Origin: an uncultured Bacteroidota bacterium | GTDB lineage: Bacteria; Bacteroidota; Bacteroidia; Flavobacteriales; Flavobacteriaceae | NCBI GenBank assembly: GCA_902614065.1 | Contig: CACMJT010000005.1 | Span: 37,528 to 101,527 of the forward strand | Direction of reading: 5' to 3' | Length of the DNA stretch: 64,000 bases | Shown: one piece after another, positions 20,708 to 30,415 of the stretch | Layout: the number at the start of each line of letters is the position of its first letter | How positions within the stretch are numbered: position 1 is the stretch's first letter | Notes under the pieces: model-generated | Databases searched by the model: none | Told to the model about the DNA's origin: nothing | Seen by the model: only the letters and a program-made list of their open reading frames with translations | Position numbers and translations under genes: made by a program

Positions 20708-21037
20708 ATGATTAAGGTAGCTGAAACTGCAAGAGATGAAGTCAATAAGCTAATGAAATTAGATGGTTTTAATCCATCAAAAGATTTTATTCGTGTTGGT
20801 GTTAAAAGTGGTGGTTGCTCCGGATTATCATATGAAATGAGATTTGATAAGCTTTCAGGTGAAGATGATAAAGTTTTTGAAAATAATGGTATAAAAATTG
20901 CCGTGGATAAAAAAAGTTTTTTGTATTTGGTTGGAACAACACTTGAATACCATGGAGGATTAAATGGAAAAGGGTTTGTTTTTAATAATCCAAATGCAAA
21001 TAGAACATGCGGCTGCGGAGAAAGCTTTTCATTATAA
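20708..21037 (+). CDS. sufA: A-type iron-sulfur cluster carrier (SufA/IscA/ErpA family)
   Basis: 'GVKSGGCSGLSY' and C-terminal 'CGCGESF' cluster ligands; start trimmed from TTG 20699 to ATG 20708. Confidence 0.88.
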   Translation: MIKVAETARDEVNKLMKLDGFNPSKDFIRVGVKSGGCSGLSYEMRFDKLSGEDDKVFENNGIKIAVDKKSFLYLVGTTLEYHGGLNGKGFVFNNPNANRTCGCGESFSL

Positions 21038-21047
21038 GTAATTAAAA

Positions 21048-22490
21048 ATGGCATACACAGAAGAAGAATTAAAAAAAGAGTTAGAAAGTCAAGAATATCA
21101 ATATGGTTTCACAACCGATATTGACTCTGAAACGTTTCCAGTTGGATTAAACGAAGATATAGTCAAGGCTATTTCTAAAAAAAAGAATGAACCTGAATGG
21201 ATGACTCAGTGGAGACTAGAAGCTTATTCTTCTTGGAAGGATATGGAGGAGCCAAACTGGCATAATGTAAAATATAAAAAGCCTGATTTTCAAGCTATTT
21301 CTTATTTCTCAGCACCAAAAACTAATAAGTATAAAAGCCTAGATGAAGTTGACCCAGAACTAATCAAAACATTTAACAAACTTGGTATTTCAATTGAAGA
21401 ACAAAAAAAATTAGCTGGAGTTGCTGTTGATATAGTAATGGACTCGGTCTCGGTTGCAACTACATTTAGAGAAACACTAGCAAAAAAGGGTATAATTTTT
21501 TGTTCGATTTCCGAAGCAATTAAAGATTACCCTGAATTAGTAAAAAAATATATTGGCAAAGTTATACCCAGAAAGGACAATTATTATGCTGCACTGAATT
21601 CCGCAGTTTTTTCTGATGGGTCATTTTGTTACATACCAAAAGGTGTCAAGTGCCCAATGGAATTATCAACTTACTTTAGAATTAATCAAGCGGGTACTGG
21701 TCAGTTTGAAAGAACTTTAGTGATTGCAGATGAGGGAAGTTATGTTAGTTATTTAGAAGGATGTACTGCCCCAAGTAGAGATGAGAATCAACTTCATGCG
21801 GCTGTCGTGGAACTAATTGCGATGGATAATGCTGAAATAAAATACTCAACTGTTCAAAATTGGTATCCTGGAAATAAACAGGGAAAAGGTGGGGTTTACA
21901 ATTTTGTAACCAAGAGAGGATTATGTAATACCAACTCAAAAATTTCTTGGACCCAAGTAGAAACTGGCTCAGCTGTTACATGGAAATATCCATCTTGCAT
22001 TTTAAGAGGTGATAATAGTATTGGAGAATTTTATTCAATCGCCGTAACCAACAACTATCAACAAGCAGACACGGGTACCAAGATGATTCACATCGGAAAA
22101 AACACAAAAAGTACCATTATTTCCAAAGGTATTTCTGCTGGAAAATCACAAAATAGCTACAGGGGACTTGTTCAAATCGGTAAAAGAGCGTCTAATGCAA
22201 GGAACTTCTCACAATGTGATTCCCTTCTGATGGGGAATAATTGTGGAGCACATACGTTCCCATACATTGAAGCAAAAAATAAATCAGCTCAAATCGAACA
22301 TGAAGCGACAACAAGTAAAATCGGTGAAGATCAAATCTTTTATTGCAATCAAAGAGGAATTGATACAGAGAAGGCTATCGCATTAATTGTTAATGGATTT
22401 AGTAAAGAAGTTCTAAACAAACTGCCAATGGAATTTGCTGTTGAAGCACAAAAATTATTAGAGATATCTTTGGAAGGTTCCGTTGGTTAA
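21048..22490 (+). CDS. sufB: Fe-S cluster assembly scaffold SufB
   Basis: 480-aa SufB pattern including '[11 protein letters not shown]','VQNWY','[14 protein letters not shown]'. Confidence 0.93.
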   Translation: MAYTEEELKKELESQEYQYGFTTDIDSETFPVGLNEDIVKAISKKKNEPEWMTQWRLEAYSSWKDMEEPNWHNVKYKKPDFQAISYFSAPKTNKYKSLDEVDPELIKTFNKLGISIEEQKKLAGVAVDIVMDSVSVATTFRETLAKKGIIFCSISEAIKDYPELVKKYIGKVIPRKDNYYAALNSAVFSDGSFCYIPKGVKCPMELSTYFRINQAGTGQFERTLVIADEGSYVSYLEGCTAPSRDENQLHAAVVELIAMDNAEIKYSTVQNWYPGNKQGKGGVYNFVTKRGLCNTNSKISWTQVETGSAVTWKYPSCILRGDNSIGEFYSIAVTNNYQQADTGTKMIHIGKNTKSTIISKGISAGKSQNSYRGLVQIGKRASNARNFSQCDSLLMGNNCGAHTFPYIEAKNKSAQIEHEATTSKIGEDQIFYCNQRGIDTEKAIALIVNGFSKEVLNKLPMEFAVEAQKLLEISLEGSVG

Positions 22491-22501
22491 AAATTTTTTT
22501 T

Positions 22502-23236
22502 ATGTTAAAAATCGAAAATTTGCATGTTAGTATTGATGATAAAGAAATTCTTAAGGGATTATCATTAGATGTTAAGCCCGGTGAAATTCATGCTATAATG
22601 GGGCCAAATGGTTCCGGAAAGAGTACTCTTTCATCTGTCATCGCAGGAAGTGAAGACTATGAAGTTGTTAAAGGAAATATTTTTTATAATGATGAAAATA
22701 TTGAAGATCTTTCAGCAGAAGAAAGAGCAAATAAGGGAATTTTTATGTCATTTCAGTATCCTGTTGAAATACCAGGAATTACCGTAACAAACTTTATCAA
22801 AACAGCCATTAATTCAAACCTAAAAGCTAGAGGTGAAAAAGAAATGCCTGCTGGAGATATGTTAAAAAAAATTAGAGAAAAATCGAAGTTATTAGAAATT
22901 GATTCAAAATTTCTGTCTAGGTCTTTGAATGAAGGATTCTCTGGTGGAGAGAAGAAAAGGAATGAAATTTTCCAGATGGCAATGTTAGAGCCTAGTCTAG
23001 CAATACTTGATGAGACTGACTCTGGACTCGACATTGATGCTTTAAAAATTGTTGCAAATGGTGTGAATAAACTTAAAAATGACGATAATGCAATCATAAT
23101 AATTACACACTATCAAAGACTTTTAGACTATATTCTGCCAGACTTCGTACATGTTCTTCAAGACGGAAAAATCACAAAATCTGGAGATAAATCTTTAGCT
23201 CTTGAGCTGGAAGAAAAAGGCTATGATTGGATTTAA
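22502..23236 (+). CDS. sufC: Fe-S cluster assembly ATPase SufC
   Basis: Walker A 'GPNGSGKST', signature 'FSGGEKKR', Walker B 'LAILDETDSGLD'. Confidence 0.93.
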   Translation: MLKIENLHVSIDDKEILKGLSLDVKPGEIHAIMGPNGSGKSTLSSVIAGSEDYEVVKGNIFYNDENIEDLSAEERANKGIFMSFQYPVEIPGITVTNFIKTAINSNLKARGEKEMPAGDMLKKIREKSKLLEIDSKFLSRSLNEGFSGGEKKRNEIFQMAMLEPSLAILDETDSGLDIDALKIVANGVNKLKNDDNAIIIITHYQRLLDYILPDFVHVLQDGKITKSGDKSLALELEEKGYDWI

Positions 23237-23244
23237 TTTTTAAT

Positions 23245-24597
23245 ATGTCACTAAAAGAAAAACTTGTTTCCTCATTTTTAGCATTTGAACTTGATACAGA
23301 CATAATGTCAAATGTTCATAAAATAAGATCACAATCGATAAAAGAATTTGAAAAAATTGGATTTCCAAATTCAAAAGATGAATATTGGAAATATACTCCA
23401 GTCAAAAAAATTTTAAATGAAAAACTGACTTTATTTAATAAGAAAAGACACCTCATTGAATTTGATAAGGTAAAAGACTTCTTTTTAAATGGAATTGAAT
23501 CCTACAAACTTGTTTTTATAGATGGAATATTTGATCCTCTTTGGTCGGACACAACTCACGAAGAAGCCGATGTTTGTATTTTATCTTCTGTTCTAGAAAA
23601 AGAAAAATATAATGATGTTATTTCTAAATACTACAATAAGCTAGTAAATAGTAAAGAGTCATTCAGTCTTTTAAATAGTTCATTTTCAAAAGAAGGTGCA
23701 TATGTTCACGTACCAAAAAATGTAGTTCTTGATAAACCTGTTGAAATTGTTCATATAAATTCAGGTGGTGAATCATCTTTAATGCTTCAGCCAAGAAGTT
23801 TAGTAGTTCTTGAAAAGAATTCAAAGGCCCAAATAATTGAGAGTCACTATTCTTTAACAGGGAAACAAGAATCATCTGTAAATAACGCAGATGACTTTAT
23901 TGATCCCCTAACGAACTCTTTAACTGAAATTCATATTAATGAAAATTCAAACCTAGATTATTACAAAATCCAAAATGATGTTGAAACTTCATCGATTATT
24001 GATAACACTTACATTGATCAAAAAAGCAATAGTGAAGTAAGTTGTCATACATTTTCTTTTGGAGGTAATATTGTTCGTAATAATTTAAATTTTTATCAAA
24101 ACGGAACTAATGTTAATTCCATTCTAAAGGGTGTTACAATCCTTGGCACTAATCAACATACAGATCATCATACCTTGGTTCATCATGCAAACCCAAATTG
24201 TGAAAGCTATCAAGAGTATAAAGGGATTTATGATGATAAGTCTACTGGTGTATTCAATGGCCGAGTGGTGGTAGATAAAATTGCTCAAAAAATTAATGCT
24301 TTTCAACAAAATAACAATCTTATAATTGGTGATAATGCGACAGTAAATACTAAACCTCAACTTGAAATATTTGCTGACGATGTGAAATGCTCACACGGAT
24401 GTACAATAGGACAACTTGATAAGGAGGCTCTATTTTATTTAAAAGCAAGGGGAATCAATGAAAATGATGCAAAAGGACTTCTTACATATGCATTTGCAAA
24501 TAATGTTTTGGAAAATGTGAAGATGCAAGTTTTAAAATCGAAAATAAAAAAGATTATCGCTGATAAGATTGGTGTTAATCTTGGCTTTGAGTTATGA
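23245..24597 (+). CDS. sufD: Fe-S cluster assembly protein SufD
   Basis: SufB/D beta-helix C-terminal pattern ('QLEIFADDVKCSHGCTIGQLD'); position after sufC; start trimmed from TTG 23227 to ATG 23245. Confidence 0.88.
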   Translation: MSLKEKLVSSFLAFELDTDIMSNVHKIRSQSIKEFEKIGFPNSKDEYWKYTPVKKILNEKLTLFNKKRHLIEFDKVKDFFLNGIESYKLVFIDGIFDPLWSDTTHEEADVCILSSVLEKEKYNDVISKYYNKLVNSKESFSLLNSSFSKEGAYVHVPKNVVLDKPVEIVHINSGGESSLMLQPRSLVVLEKNSKAQIIESHYSLTGKQESSVNNADDFIDPLTNSLTEIHINENSNLDYYKIQNDVETSSIIDNTYIDQKSNSEVSCHTFSFGGNIVRNNLNFYQNGTNVNSILKGVTILGTNQHTDHHTLVHHANPNCESYQEYKGIYDDKSTGVFNGRVVVDKIAQKINAFQQNNNLIIGDNATVNTKPQLEIFADDVKCSHGCTIGQLDKEALFYLKARGINENDAKGLLTYAFANNVLENVKMQVLKSKIKKIIADKIGVNLGFEL

Positions 24598-25817
24598 ATC
24601 TAAGTTTTAATGTCGAAAAAATTAGACAAGATTTTCCAATCTTGTCAAAGAAAATCAATAACAAGCCTTTGATCTATTTTGACAATGCTGCTACATCTCA
24701 AACCCCAATTTGTGTGATTGATTGCATCAAAGATTATTATGAGAAATATAACTCCAACATTCATAGAGGGGTACATTCATTAAGTGATGAGGCCACTAGT
24801 GCTTATGAAGATGCAAGGAATAAGGTAAAAGATCACTTTAATATAAAATACAGCGAGGAAGTAATTTTTACATCAGGCACAACTCACTCAATAAATATTG
24901 TTTCTAATGGGTTCAGTAAAATATTAACAAAAGATGATGAGATTATTGTCTCAGGACTTGAACATCATTCCAATATTGTCCCGTGGCAAATGATGATTGA
25001 ATCTAGTGGAGCGAAATTAAAAGTTATTCCACTAATGGAAAATGGAGAATTAGATATGGATGAGTTTGCAAACATCCTTTCACTCAAAACAAAAGTTGTT
25101 TTCTTAAACCATGTTTCTAATGCTTTGGGGCTAATTAATCCTATTGAGAAAATAATAAATATGTCTCATGAAAAAGGAGCATATGTTTTAATTGATGGTG
25201 CACAAAGTGCTGCTCATTTCAAAATAGATTTACAAAAACTAAATGTTGATTTTTTTACAGCCTCAGCTCACAAACTTTGTGGGCCAACTGGTGTTGGTTT
25301 TCTCTATGGAAAAAAGGAGTTATTGCATAGGATGGAGCCTCTTATGGGTGGTGGAGAAATGATTTCAGATGTGACTTTTTCAAAAACAACCTATGCAGAT
25401 CTCCCTCACAAATTTGAGGCAGGAACACCAAATATTTCTGGTGTTATCGCTTTTGGTAGAGCATTAGATTATTTGAATGAAATAGGATTAGAAAAAATAG
25501 AAAATTATGAAAATGATTTGCTTGATTATGCAAATTCTAAACTTAAACAAATAGAAGGTTTAAAAATTTATGGTGAATCTAAAAATAAAACCTCTGTGAT
25601 ATCATTTAATATTGAAGGTATTCATTCATATGACATTGGGGCTCTATTGGATAAATTCGGTATTGCTGTTAGAACGGGACAGCATTGTGCTCAACCAATA
25701 ATGGATCATTTTGGTGTAGATGGTACAGTAAGGGCATCTTTTTCGTTTATCAATACTTTTCAAGAGATAGATGACCTCTTCGAGGCATTGAAGAAAGTAA
25801 AATCTATGTTAAGTTAA
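24594..25817 (+). CDS. sufS: cysteine desulfurase SufS (group II)
   Basis: PLP-Lys context 'SAHKLCGPTGVG' and active-site Cys 'RTGQHCAQP'. Confidence 0.92.
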   Translation: MNLSFNVEKIRQDFPILSKKINNKPLIYFDNAATSQTPICVIDCIKDYYEKYNSNIHRGVHSLSDEATSAYEDARNKVKDHFNIKYSEEVIFTSGTTHSINIVSNGFSKILTKDDEIIVSGLEHHSNIVPWQMMIESSGAKLKVIPLMENGELDMDEFANILSLKTKVVFLNHVSNALGLINPIEKIINMSHEKGAYVLIDGAQSAAHFKIDLQKLNVDFFTASAHKLCGPTGVGFLYGKKELLHRMEPLMGGGEMISDVTFSKTTYADLPHKFEAGTPNISGVIAFGRALDYLNEIGLEKIENYENDLLDYANSKLKQIEGLKIYGESKNKTSVISFNIEGIHSYDIGALLDKFGIAVRTGQHCAQPIMDHFGVDGTVRASFSFINTFQEIDDLFEALKKVKSMLS

Positions 25818-25833
25818 TTTATAACTTTATACT

Positions 25834-26250
25834 ATGACCATTGAAAATGCTCAAAAAGATATAATTGATAATTTTTTATTTTTTGATGATTGGACCCAAA
25901 AGTATGAGTACATCATTGAGCTGTCCAAGGATTTAGAATTTATGAGCGATAATCTAAAAAGTGAAGATAATTTAATAAAGGGGTGTCAGAGTAAAGTATG
26001 GTTACATGCTGAAATGATTAACGGAAAAATTAACTTTTTAGCTGATAGCGAGGCAATAATTACAAAAGGTATAATCTCTATTCTATTGAATGTTTTTAAT
26101 AATAGAAAGCCTCAGGAAATACTTGATTCCGATATGGGTTTTATTGAAAAAATAGGATTAAAAGAGCACCTATCACCTAATAGAGCAAATGGCTTGTCTT
26201 CAATGTATAAACAAATTAAATTTTATGCCCTTGCGTTTAGTAAATCCTAA
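25834..26250 (+). CDS. sufE: sulfur acceptor SufE
   Basis: 138 aa with conserved 'IKGCQSKVWL' persulfide Cys motif. Confidence 0.88.
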   Translation: MTIENAQKDIIDNFLFFDDWTQKYEYIIELSKDLEFMSDNLKSEDNLIKGCQSKVWLHAEMINGKINFLADSEAIITKGIISILLNVFNNRKPQEILDSDMGFIEKIGLKEHLSPNRANGLSSMYKQIKFYALAFSKS

Positions 26251-26253
26251 ATT

Positions 26254-26577
26254 ATGACTGAAAAAATTGACCCAAAAAAACTAGGTGACCAAGTTGTAAA
26301 AGTTTTAAAAACTGTTTATGATCCCGAAATACCAGTTGATATATATGAACTTGGATTAATCTATGATGTCTTTCTGAATGAGAGTAATGATGTTAAGGTT
26401 TTAATGACATTAACTACTCCTAATTGCCCAGTTGCAGACTCACTTCCAGAGGAAGTAAAAAATAAGATTAAAGAAATTCCCCAAGTAAATGAAGTTGAGA
26501 TTGAAATGACTTTTGATCCACCATGGTCTAAAGACCTGATGAGTGAAGAAGCAAAATTAGAACTTGGTTTTTTATAA
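26254..26577 (+). CDS. SUF-associated DUF59 (MIP18/SufT-like) protein
   Basis: 'VYDPEIPVDIYELGLIY' and 'TTPNCPVA' DUF59 motifs. Confidence 0.85.
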   Translation: MTEKIDPKKLGDQVVKVLKTVYDPEIPVDIYELGLIYDVFLNESNDVKVLMTLTTPNCPVADSLPEEVKNKIKEIPQVNEVEIEMTFDPPWSKDLMSEEAKLELGFL

Positions 26578-27084
26578 ATGACGTTTGAAATAAAAAATAG
26601 GGTTTCTGAAAGTAAGCTTATAACCATTGACTTTAATGACTTTATTACAGATTTTTCATTTGAAAATTTCGATATTAAACCATGGCTAAAAGATGGCCTG
26701 GTCCTAATTGAGAAAGATTTTAGAGAAAGAGTAAAAGGATTTAATTGGACTAATCTGAAAGGTAAAAAAGTATCAATTATCTGTTCAAATTCAGCCATTA
26801 TTCCTGATTGGGCATTTATGTTAGTAAGTTCTGAATTGACCAAGGCGGGTGTAGATAACTTTATTGGAGATGAACGATCTTACAAGGAATATTTGATAAA
26901 TGAAAAAATTACAAATTTTGATTTGGATTCTGTTTCTAATAAGCCTATTATAATTAAAGGATGTGCTGATGAGCAGTTTAATAAATTTATTTATTCACAA
27001 TTAATTCAAAAAATTCAAGGTGTTGTTTCAAGTATAATGTATGGTGAAGCGTGCTCATCAGTTCCGATTTTTAAAAAAAAATGA
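26578..27084 (+). CDS. DUF2480 family protein
   Basis: 'IKNRVSESKLITID','CSNSAIIPDWAFML' pattern of the flavobacterial DUF2480 family that follows suf genes. Confidence 0.65.
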   Translation: MTFEIKNRVSESKLITIDFNDFITDFSFENFDIKPWLKDGLVLIEKDFRERVKGFNWTNLKGKKVSIICSNSAIIPDWAFMLVSSELTKAGVDNFIGDERSYKEYLINEKITNFDLDSVSNKPIIIKGCADEQFNKFIYSQLIQKIQGVVSSIMYGEACSSVPIFKKK

Positions 27085-27974
27085 GGGTTTTAAGTTTTCT
27101 TTTACTAATTAGCTTGACTCTTAACTCCTATTCACAAGAAAAAATAACTGACTCAATAAATACAAATTGGGAAAAATCAGGAAAATTTACGTTTCTGGGT
27201 AACCAATCTAGCTATAGTTATTGGACAGCAGGTGGACAGACCAGTGTTTCGGGAACTATAAAAATTAATTATGATTTAAATTATGAGAACAACGGGTGGA
27301 ATTGGGATACAAAGATTATAACTGCATATGGACTAAACAGTAACGGGGGAAGTAAGTTTTTAAAAAAGACGGATGATAAATTAGAAATTAACTCATTAAT
27401 TGGTAAAAAATTTTCATCATCCAACATTGGTGACCTAAGCTATTCCAGCTTCATAAATTTTAAAACGCAATGGACAAAAGGTTATCGGTTTAGGACTGCC
27501 TCAAGCGGAGAAGAGGAAAGAATTGAAAGAACTAGATTTTTATCACCGGGCTATTTCCAAATTGGTGTTGGATTATACTGGGAAAAAAATAAAGATTTTT
27601 GGGTGAACTTTGCACCAATAACGGGCAGGCTGATTTTGGTAAATAAATTTTTTACCGAAAAATTGAATGAAGGTCAAGAATATTTTGGTGTAAAAAAAGG
27701 ATCTACGAGTAGATTTGAACTTGGATCATCAATTCGGTCTTATTATAAGTTTGAATTTCTTGAAAATGTATTTATAACAAACCGATTAAGTCTGTATTCA
27801 GATTATCTTGAAAATCCGGAAAATATTGACTTAGACTACACAATCAATACCTCCCTCAAGGTAAATAAATATTTGACCACAGATTTAATATTACAATTTA
27901 TTTATGATAATAATGCAGTCAAAAGACTTCAAGTTAGGCAAGTAATGGGCATTGGTTTGAGCTTGAACTTTTAG
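27081..27974 (+). CDS. DUF3078-type outer-membrane beta-barrel protein
   Basis: Signal peptide, 'NQSSYSYWTAGGQTS' motif, alternating beta-strand pattern, C-terminal 'LSLNF'. Confidence 0.6.
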   Translation: MRVLSFLLLISLTLNSYSQEKITDSINTNWEKSGKFTFLGNQSSYSYWTAGGQTSVSGTIKINYDLNYENNGWNWDTKIITAYGLNSNGGSKFLKKTDDKLEINSLIGKKFSSSNIGDLSYSSFINFKTQWTKGYRFRTASSGEEERIERTRFLSPGYFQIGVGLYWEKNKDFWVNFAPITGRLILVNKFFTEKLNEGQEYFGVKKGSTSRFELGSSIRSYYKFEFLENVFITNRLSLYSDYLENPENIDLDYTINTSLKVNKYLTTDLILQFIYDNNAVKRLQVRQVMGIGLSLNF

Positions 27975-29101
27975 CTCTCGATTTTTGGATAGAGGTAATT
28001 ATTATATGGAAATCTTTTTTCATGAATTTTACTGACTTTTTCATATAAAGTATTTTTTAAAAAATCAAAATTCAATTTTTCTATAGCAGAAATATAAATC
28101 TTGGTTTTACTGTTTTTCAAAGGCATATTTTTTAATTTATCAACTTTGTTAAAAACAATTATGGTCTCTTTATCTCCACAATTGATTTCATTTAAAATGA
28201 CATCAACCGAATCAATATGTTGTTGATAGTTTGGGTGCGATACATCAACAATGTGTAACAATATGTCTGACTCTTCAATTTCAGACAATGTGCTTTTAAA
28301 GGACTCTATGAGCTGTGTTGGAAGCTTTCTTATAAAACCAACAGTATCCGATAGTAAAAAAGGTAAATTTTCAATAACAACCTTCCGAACTGTTGTATCT
28401 AATGTTGCAAATAGTTTATCTTCAGCGAAAACCTTTGACTTAGAAATTTGATTCATTAAGGTTGATTTCCCAACATTCGTGTAACCTACTAACGCTACCC
28501 TAACCAATTTTCCTCTATTTCCTCTTTGCACAGACATCTGCTTATCGATAGTCGATAACTTTTTCTTTAATAGTGATACCTTATCGCGTACAATCCTTCT
28601 ATCTGTTTCAATTTCTGTTTCACCTGGCCCCCTCATTCCTATACCACCTTTTTGTCTTTCCAAGTGTGTCCACAGACCTTTTAGTCGTGGCATTAAATAT
28701 TCGTATTGGGCCAATTGAACTTGAGTTTTGGCGTAACTGGTTTTAGCTCTTTGAGCGAAAATATCAAGAATTAATCCTGTTCTATCTATTATTTTACAAC
28801 GAAAAATCTTCTCTAAATTTAATTGCTGACTAGGTGATAACTCATCGTCAAAGATTACCGAACTAATATCATTATTTTTTATAAAAAACTGAATTTCTTG
28901 GATTTTCCCAGATCCAATAAATGTTTTTGGATTTGGTTTCTCTAACTTTTGAATAAACCTTCTTAAAACTTTTCCACCAGCTGTTTCAGCAAGAAAACAC
29001 AACTCATCTAAAAATTCATTTACAATTATTGCAGAACCGTTATTAATGACAGCCCCAACAACAATTGAATTTTCATAAAAAATTTTCTTATTCTCTATCA
29101 A
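27971..29101 (-). CDS. hflX: GTPase HflX
   Basis: HflX N-domain plus G1 'GYTNVGKSTL', G3 'DTVGF', G4 'NKVD'. Confidence 0.9.
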   Translation of the reverse strand: MIENKKIFYENSIVVGAVINNGSAIIVNEFLDELCFLAETAGGKVLRRFIQKLEKPNPKTFIGSGKIQEIQFFIKNNDISSVIFDDELSPSQQLNLEKIFRCKIIDRTGLILDIFAQRAKTSYAKTQVQLAQYEYLMPRLKGLWTHLERQKGGIGMRGPGETEIETDRRIVRDKVSLLKKKLSTIDKQMSVQRGNRGKLVRVALVGYTNVGKSTLMNQISKSKVFAEDKLFATLDTTVRKVVIENLPFLLSDTVGFIRKLPTQLIESFKSTLSEIEESDILLHIVDVSHPNYQQHIDSVDVILNEINCGDKETIIVFNKVDKLKNMPLKNSKTKIYISAIEKLNFDFLKNTLYEKVSKIHEKRFPYNNYLYPKIES

Positions 29102-29868
29102 ATTTCAGGGTTGAAGTACTTTAAAGTTAGCTCAGAGTTAGTAAAGTCTAAATAGGAATAATGATTGAACCAATCCCCACAATTATAGTATTCTGAATTA
29201 TTTCCAAGATTTATTTTTAAGGGCAGGTGTCGATGACCGAAGACAAAATAATTATAATGATCGGACTTTAATATTTTTTTACAATAATTAAAGAGTAATT
29301 CTTTTTCGTTACTTTCAAATTTTATTTCCTTTCCCGAGATAACACTATTTTTTCTAGATAAGTATTCTCCAATTCTAATTGATATATCAGGGTGAATACA
29401 TGAAAAGAGAAATTTAAAAAATGAGTTTCTAAAAATCAATTTTAAAAATTTATAACCATAATCACCTGGCCCCAAACCATCTCCATGACCGATAAAAAAT
29501 TTTTTTGAATTTATTTTAAACTTTTTGGGCTCAAAAAAAACATCGATACCAAGTTCCTTTTTAAAATAATTTCTCATCCATGCATCATGATTGCCAACAA
29601 AAAAATAAATTTTAACACCTGCGTCTGTTAACTCTGCCAACTTTCCAAAGAGTCTGGTATAACCCTTTGGAACTACTTTTTTAAACTCAAACCAAAAATC
29701 AAATAAATCGCCAAGCAAGAAAATTACTTGTGCATCATTCTTTATAGTATCCAACCATTTAATAAATATTTTTTCTCTTTTTGAGGATTTTACTTTTCCA
29801 GGTAGTCCAAGGTGGTTGTCTGATGAAAAATAGATTTTTTTATTTTCTTGTAAGGTAATTGTTTCCAT
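29098..29868 (-). CDS. lpxH: UDP-2,3-diacylglucosamine diphosphatase
   Basis: Metallophosphoesterase motifs 'SDNHLG','GDLFDFW','GNHD','GHGD','GHRH'. Confidence 0.85.
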   Translation of the reverse strand: METITLQENKKIYFSSDNHLGLPGKVKSSKREKIFIKWLDTIKNDAQVIFLLGDLFDFWFEFKKVVPKGYTRLFGKLAELTDAGVKIYFFVGNHDAWMRNYFKKELGIDVFFEPKKFKINSKKFFIGHGDGLGPGDYGYKFLKLIFRNSFFKFLFSCIHPDISIRIGEYLSRKNSVISGKEIKFESNEKELLFNYCKKILKSDHYNYFVFGHRHLPLKINLGNNSEYYNCGDWFNHYSYLDFTNSELTLKYFNPEI

Positions 29869-29895
29869 TTATATATTACAAAAATAAACAATCAG

Positions 29896-30402
29896 TTATA
29901 ACAACTTTTCATAACAGTTAAACGGCATGTCACTTTGATCTCTAAAATAAATTTTACCTAATTTTTTATATCCAAGTTTAGAATACAAATAATTATTTTT
30001 TTTGTTTAAACTAAATGTGTCGAGCCTTACAGACAGACAACCATTTTCTTTTGCATAATTTTCAATATATTCCATAACAAATTTTGCAAAACCTTGTCCT
30101 TGGTAGTCGGGGTGAATTGCAAGTCTGTGCAGATAAATATTTTTTTTTGATGAGGTTTCCCAAACAATCTGTTTGTAAAACTCGTCCATATCAAAAGAGG
30201 CGCAAACACAACCTATGATTTTATTTTCAAGTTTTAGCACAAATAGATCATTATTATTTATATCATCAATAAATGATTGTTTTGTTGGATATTTATCGTT
30301 CCATTGAAAAATACCATTATCAATCATGTGTCTTGTACAGGCCTTAATAATTTTCATTATCAAGTCAATTTGATCAATTGAAGCAAGTTCAATGTTTTTC
30401 AT
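29896..30402 (-). CDS. GNAT family N-acetyltransferase
   Basis: Acetyl-CoA binding motif A 'RLAIHPDYQGQGFAKFVM'. Confidence 0.8.
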   Translation of the reverse strand: MKNIELASIDQIDLIMKIIKACTRHMIDNGIFQWNDKYPTKQSFIDDINNNDLFVLKLENKIIGCVCASFDMDEFYKQIVWETSSKKNIYLHRLAIHPDYQGQGFAKFVMEYIENYAKENGCLSVRLDTFSLNKKNNYLYSKLGYKKLGKIYFRDQSDMPFNCYEKLL

Positions 30403-30415
30403 AATGTTAAGATAC

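Noticed and set aside
20671-21054. 127-aa minus-strand ORF over the sufA-type gene
   Set aside because: It is antisense to a gene with clear Fe-S carrier motifs, so I treat it as a shadow ORF.
22753-23097. 114-aa minus-strand ORF inside sufC
   Set aside because: It is antisense to an ABC ATPase with all Walker/signature motifs, so I treat it as a shadow ORF.
26361-26843. 160-aa minus-strand ORF spanning the DUF59/DUF2480 junction
   Set aside because: It is fully antisense to two well-supported suf-cluster genes. Its Ser/Leu/Ile-rich low-complexity translation is typical of antisense frames, and it has no motif.
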